A DNA stretch of 64,000 bases from Diadema antillarum (taxonomy: Eukaryota): contig NW_027271657.1 in assembly GCF_040938485.1 (NCBI RefSeq), positions 496,001-560,000 of the forward strand. The letters are read 5' to 3'. The notes under the pieces were generated by a model that was not told the origin of the DNA, made no database searches, and saw only the letters and a list, made by a program, of their open reading frames with translations. Of this stretch, positions 58,423 to 64,000 are shown one piece after another; position 1 is the stretch's first letter; the number at the start of each line of letters is the position of its first letter. The translations under genes and the position numbers were made by a program.

Positions 58423-58723
58423 TACTCTCTCTAAAAAAAGAAAATCGAGTGAAAATTTTCACTCTTGAAGGAGTGAATACAAAAAAGAGTGAAGTTAGAG
58501 TGAAATTGGAGTGAATTTTGAGTGAAAGTTTCTATTTTCACTCATTTCGTAGACGTACGTAGACGTGTGGGATCACTCGAAGATTTTTGAGTGATCCCTG
58601 CATGAGGTCACTCTAAAATGAGTGAAAATGAACAATTTCACTCAAAATTCACCCCAGTTTCACTCTTTTTTGTATTCACTCCTTCAAGAGTGAAAATTTT
58701 CACTCGATTGTTGTTAGAGAGTA
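58423..58723. mobile_element. Palindromic MITE built from GAGTGAA/TTCACTC motifs
   Basis: TACTCTCTCTAAAA...ATCGAGTGAAAATTTTCACTCTTGAAGGAGTGAATACAAAAAAGAGTGAA mirrored at the right end (...TTAGAGAGTA). Confidence 0.85.
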
Positions 58724-61115
58724 TTGATTCACTGGAAATCTCATTTTCCGCATTGGAAAACAATAGACATACAGATGAAAATAGGATAAACACATAATAA
58801 ACATTATCTGTGGAGTGTGTTTGATGGCGGAGGTAAGATGAGAAGTAATCAAGACTGAAATCAATGGGGTTGGGTGAAAGTTTCGAAATCGGAGAAAAAG
58901 CTACCCCTTTTTTTATTAGTTGTCTTGGGTCCGATAGCAAGACTCCACTCCATAGGCTGGCAGGAGTTGTATAGGGAATGTGGGCGTGGTGGCCAGGGTT
59001 CCCCCTTGTAGTTGCCATCGCTCCCAGGTCCGTTCTGGCCTGGTGCAAGTGTACCTGTTAGGGCCCCGTTTATCGGTTGAATAATTGCCTTACTCAAGTG
59101 GTGCCGGTATAGAGTACTGTCAGCCACTGACTGAAAAGAACCACGAAAAGTGAAATAATCTTTAAAGGAGTGCTACAAATCGCGTGATACTACAAAGAAT
59201 TATATTACAGTCTTCCATGCACTGAAGCTGCAGCAAGATTTTCAGTAATCTGTGAAAAGATTGCAGGAGACTGTAACACTAGCAAATTGAATAAAGAACA
59301 ACAAAAAAGATTGGAATAAGAAAGTTAAGCACACACAAAGGCAACATAGCAAACAAGAGCTTTTCGTCTTACCTCCCTGGAAAAATCCACACAAACAATA
59401 TTATTGTGCATTAACCGGGACATTACGACTGCCCGGTATTTGTTACGCTATTCTACCATGTCTACTGTGCAAACTCACCGTTAGTAGTCTGCTGTTCGAC
59501 ACCGTATTACAGTTTGCTTTATTCAACAGAGTAATATCAGACGAAGAAAATAACATAAGATTCATCAAACCGAACGTTACATATGAAAATTATGCCATGT
59601 CGAGGTGTCACGTCTTTACCGAATACACACAAATTGGATGAGGAGATGATCTCGTCAGCCTACATAAACTAGGCCCGTTGGTTTGCTTATCAAAGTATCA
59701 GCTCAAACTCATGGATTTAGGTGGTCTACTTGCAACTGCAATTTTCCGTAAAAACTGGTTACTGCCGGTTTTCCCAAAACTACAATCACATCAGGTGTAT
59801 TCTGAGGTAAAGGATACACGTTATTTCTATATACTGATTCGATATAAAACGAGAGGACCTATGTGGAGACTTGTGTGTACGGTTCGGGGAGGGGGGGGGG
59901 GGTATGAATAAGATAATTTATCATAATTATGTGAAGTGGTGAAATCGTCACATCTATAGAATTCAATACTGGGTTGATACTTCTATCACTGTAATATAAT
60001 GAAACCTCGGCAGTTTTAAAATTTCACAACTCTCTCAACTAAAGTCGGAGTTAATAAACCTCTATATACCATCCTATTCTTGTGCTTTTCTTTATTTCGA
60101 TTTATCAAAGCCAATGCGGACATGGTATTAACTTGCACGCGCAGTTTCAAATAGGAGGAAAATTAGTGCATTAAGTGACGTAACGTGGTATAAGAAAGAG
60201 CGACATAATGGCGTATTGGATAGCACTGACATGACCAGTAAAATAAAGAGCGACAAACTACCTTCGTTTGGGATGTCTTTTTATACCTTTAAAAACATTT
60301 CTTCAGTGACAGGGACATTGTGACACGCCAGTTAAAAGAAAGGCGGAAAATCATTTCGTTTTTCAAAGCGTCAGTTATGTTTCCTTGATTGTCTATAGAG
60401 CTGTAATAGGTAACTTGAGACTTGATATAGGAGAGGTTCTTGAGGAGGAGGAAGTTTTTTTGTTCCTCATGTCGCATCCTGGACATAATTATATCTATTA
60501 TTGTTGTCTTTTAACGGTTCTCAGCTGTTCAGTGCATAATCATTGTAATCCAGAGCATCCTAGCCATATCAGTAACGTGTTACACAATCACAATGATACA
60601 TTATTTCTATTCTAAAGAAAAAAAAAACATATGGAAGATATAAGATATCTTATAATAATAATGTGAGTTATAACAGATATTGTATTTTCATCGTATCTAT
60701 AATTTTGATCCATCTAGCAGGTCTCTTCAGCCATCTAGGCCTATACAGCCATAATGGTCAGATGGCCCTGTAGTTACATCTTGTATTCTGCCGCATAGGC
60801 CTGTAAATTACCATGTATGTGGACCGGAGGGGGGTGGGGGTGGGATCGATCATTCAAGGTAGTTTGCAGGATTCGAAGCTGGGACATCCTCGTTAAAGGG
60901 TTCTGTGCCCTATCCACTAGACCAAGATTCTCCGAGTAGCATGCTGTATTGACATCCCTCTTGACGCAAAACAGTGTAGCTGTGATGAGCACACTCATGA
61001 CAACGTTAATGGTGTGATTTTTCGTGTGGTTTTTCTTGAAGAGCAGAAACTAATATGAAAGTCCTTCATTGCACAAATAAGACTACATTTATTGTAATTC
61101 TCGTTCTTAATGTTA

Positions 61116-61297
61116 TAATGCTGCTAAGCTGTTATTTTCGCGAATTTCGTGAATCACAGTTGGATCGCGAATTTAACTACACGCGAAATTGTCTCCAAGC
61201 GCTGGCATTAACGCAAGCCTCGGCGTCGATTCGCGAAAACATCTCGCGAAACTATGACCTCGTCATTCGCGAAAATATCTTTACAGCGTATACAGTG
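61116..61297. mobile_element. Degenerate family-G MITE
   Basis: Dense TTCGCGAA motifs ending GCGTATACAGTG. Left end eroded. Confidence 0.55.
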
Positions 61298-61559
61298 ATA
61301 ATAGTATAGTAGTAGCAGTAATAATAATGATAACAATGATGATGATGAGGATTATTATCATTATCAATATTTTTGTGCGTTTATGTGCGTACGTAGAGGT
61401 GTGGGTTTGTAATCATTGGGGGATGGGTCATTATTTACTCCTATTTTATGTAAAGTAACATTTCTATTTAAATAATTTGATTTGATTTTTTATTGTTTGT
61501 ATTTCAATAAGTAATCAAGTGTGTAGATTTTAATATTTTACTGTTCAATAATCTCTGAT

Positions 61560-61760
61560 AATGTATGAATGCTAATTTTGTGTTACGATGAATGTTTATG
61601 TATTTTCATCATTGGCAGGGCTCTCTGGAAGAGCAGGACCTGCTGGTCTTGATGAGACTATGCCTACCCTGTGAAAATAAAACCGAAATGAATAATAAAT
61701 GAAATGAATATTTTATCATCATCATTATCATTATCATTTTTATCATCATTATTGGGGCTA
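61560..61760 (+). mobile_element. Probable 3' end of an L2/CR1-type LINE or derived SINE
   Basis: CAGGGCTCTCTGGAAGAGCAG...ACCCTGTGAAAATAAA followed by a GAAAT/ATC-type simple-repeat tail. Recognised from memory of such tails. Confidence 0.45.
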
Positions 61761-64000
61761 TTGATGTTATGTTTATGATTGTTATTGTTCATATATTGCC
61801 ATAATATAATATTATGGTCGTTATCAATATCAAGAGATGCCAGCCTGGCATTGAAATATATAAAAACTTTAATGAGAAGGGCTTCATGTATGTCATGTGT
61901 ATTTATGTTCGTGGTATTCAGCATACCGGTCATTGGTGACTCCTGAATCCGTACAATCGTCTAAACTCTGCAACGTTATCGTGCCTGTGTGATGCAAGAA
62001 TGACGTGCGATCTAAAAGTAGGAGTTAAAAATTCAGGCCAGTTGTACATTAAAAACAAGGTTACTTATAGAAACCGTGTACCAGATTTGATATAGAATGA
62101 ACTGCTAAGAGCAGACACGTTATATAGGCTATGAGTTAAGGATTGAGGAGCGATTAATTATCATGTTTGTCTGAAAGAGGTCAATATGTTTAAACATTTT
62201 GTGATGACGTGATATGAGGTCCAATTTCGTGTGCTTGATATTAATCGCTTATCGAGTACACTGTGAGGTGCATGTTTAGAATGGCCTACATCCAGTTCTC
62301 TTATTACATCACAGCTTGATATTATATATAAAGCAGTTCCTTAGGCCAAGATGGACATATTGCACTAACTCACGAGACAACACAGATTTAAAGACAAATT
62401 CATGTACAATTCTTTTATATATTTCATTCGTGCGTAATGGTTGAACATGCATGCAAAAACATTTAGTAAAGCTTGCACACATATATTACTTGTTCAGATT
62501 CAGGTGGACAGAAATTACGTTTTAGCTTTTATACTACTCTTTTTGAGGCATACAGTATGTAATAATTATAGACATAGAGTAGCAAACACAATTTTACATG
62601 ATTGCATATTAAGCACATTGAACATGGTAAAGATTTGTGTTTAGTTGGATAGATAAAGATGGAGTGATGGGGGGGGGGGGTATAGGGATATTCATGGAGG
62701 GGTAAGTGGGAAACCTTGGTCAAACAGCTACCCTTCTATATGGAAGTGACGGTAACAATTACTATTTTTTCATTTGTCTATTAATAGGGTTTGGGGTGTT
62801 TGTCAAATTTGGCAACTTTTAGGCTATTGTTTTAGGGGTTCACAAGCACTCGACTTTTACTGAGTAAAATGCACATGATGAGGACAAGGGAAAATACATA
62901 CGAATGAATAATAATGGATCCTTTAGAATACAGATATCCTTTGATTAGACATAATAATGATCTTACTCAAGACCGACAATACTGAATTCATAACGAATAA
63001 CACTTGCGGGTGCATAATGTGTCTTTCAGAATGTATTATTATTGAAAACGTCTTACTAATAATGTTACACATTAGTGGTGTGACATTTCACAAGATCTGG
63101 ATGTTATCATGATACCAAAATGCCCCCCACAAAAAAGAGACAAGAATGATGAGCGTTTGGTAAAAATGAGGGCACAGACATCATAAATACGTCACAGATC
63201 ACAAGAGAACGTCACGAGAGACTGGGCCCACTAACACCGTGCTATTTACAGCTATAACTCTCCCTTCCACGGGCCTAATGGCCTCATAGCAGAAATAGAT
63301 TTATAATTGCAAACAAAAAAAATGAATTGAAAAATGGACTCCTCATTGGAAATGACAGATTGGCAGGCTTGTATAAATCCACATCATCCAAACGGCATGA
63401 CCGCTTAGCATTTCCGGTTCATGTATAAATCTGCATGGGAATATTACAAGTCTTGATACGGATGAATATAGTTATAGTTATATATACAGTATCTAGGTGT
63501 GTTCCATTAAAAAAAAAAAAATCATTGGGGGGGGGGGGTCAAAAGAAATCAAAATTTGTACATTGGTCTTTCTGACGTGATGCGAGAAGTAGAGCATTCA
63601 TAGTCACCATTTGTCACTCAATTTGTCGCATCATCGATGTATAATGATGATGGCCCTTATAAGGTTGATCTTTTAACGGTGGAGGGGTATAGGGTGAGTA
63701 AGATCCGCAAGCGCCATGCTATTGTAGGTAGTTTAGGTTTTGGAAAGATCCATACGAGTATTTGTTCACTTTTGTTTTTTTTTTCTGGATGTGAGTTGGC
63801 ATACGCCGCCATTGATTTCCTAACTACCCACGTGAACTGTGGAGTAAAATCCCACGCTCGACAAAAAATAGCGTTTTGCTTTCCTCAGTCTCAGATTTGA
63901 ACATCATTCAAGACGTGTCTTTTTCTCAAACTCACCCTTGCTTTAGCAACATTCGCTAACATTTGACTATCATAGAATAGATGAGAACAGGCAGGAACTT

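Overview
AT-rich, intron-containing eukaryotic DNA. The repeat families and gene style suggest an echinoderm, probably a sea urchin (inference, not proven). There are two N-gaps and no rRNA, tRNA, CRISPR or prokaryotic features. Genes: (1) a cluster of three GT10 alpha-1,3/4-fucosyltransferase-family genes. FUT-A (minus, 3611-6108) is full of +1 homopolymer indels that look like long-read error. FUT-B (minus, 14086-16164) is intact with canonical catalytic motifs. FUT-C (plus, 24618-27749) has an intact ORF and lies head-to-head with FUT-B. All three place the start codon in a tiny upstream exon joined by a phase-0 intron to one large exon. (2) A complete 8-exon peroxisomal trans-2-enoyl-CoA reductase (PECR, 32344-42062, 295 aa, C-terminal SKL). 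(3) A probable first coding exon of an unidentified gene at 53456-53645. The rest is dense in non-autonomous DNA transposons (Kolobok-, piggyBac-, Harbinger-, Tc1/pogo-, Mutator-like MITEs and a Helentron-type HINE), SINE/LINE relics and microsatellites. The most striking observation is that FUT-C has lost the predicted catalytic Glu and the ENS/TEK donor-binding residues while keeping the full fold. It is a candidate GT10 pseudoenzyme (or new-chemistry paralogue) paired divergently with an active sibling. The supplied ORF track uses GTG/TTG starts, which are not real starts here. All coordinates were read by eye and no database searches were run.
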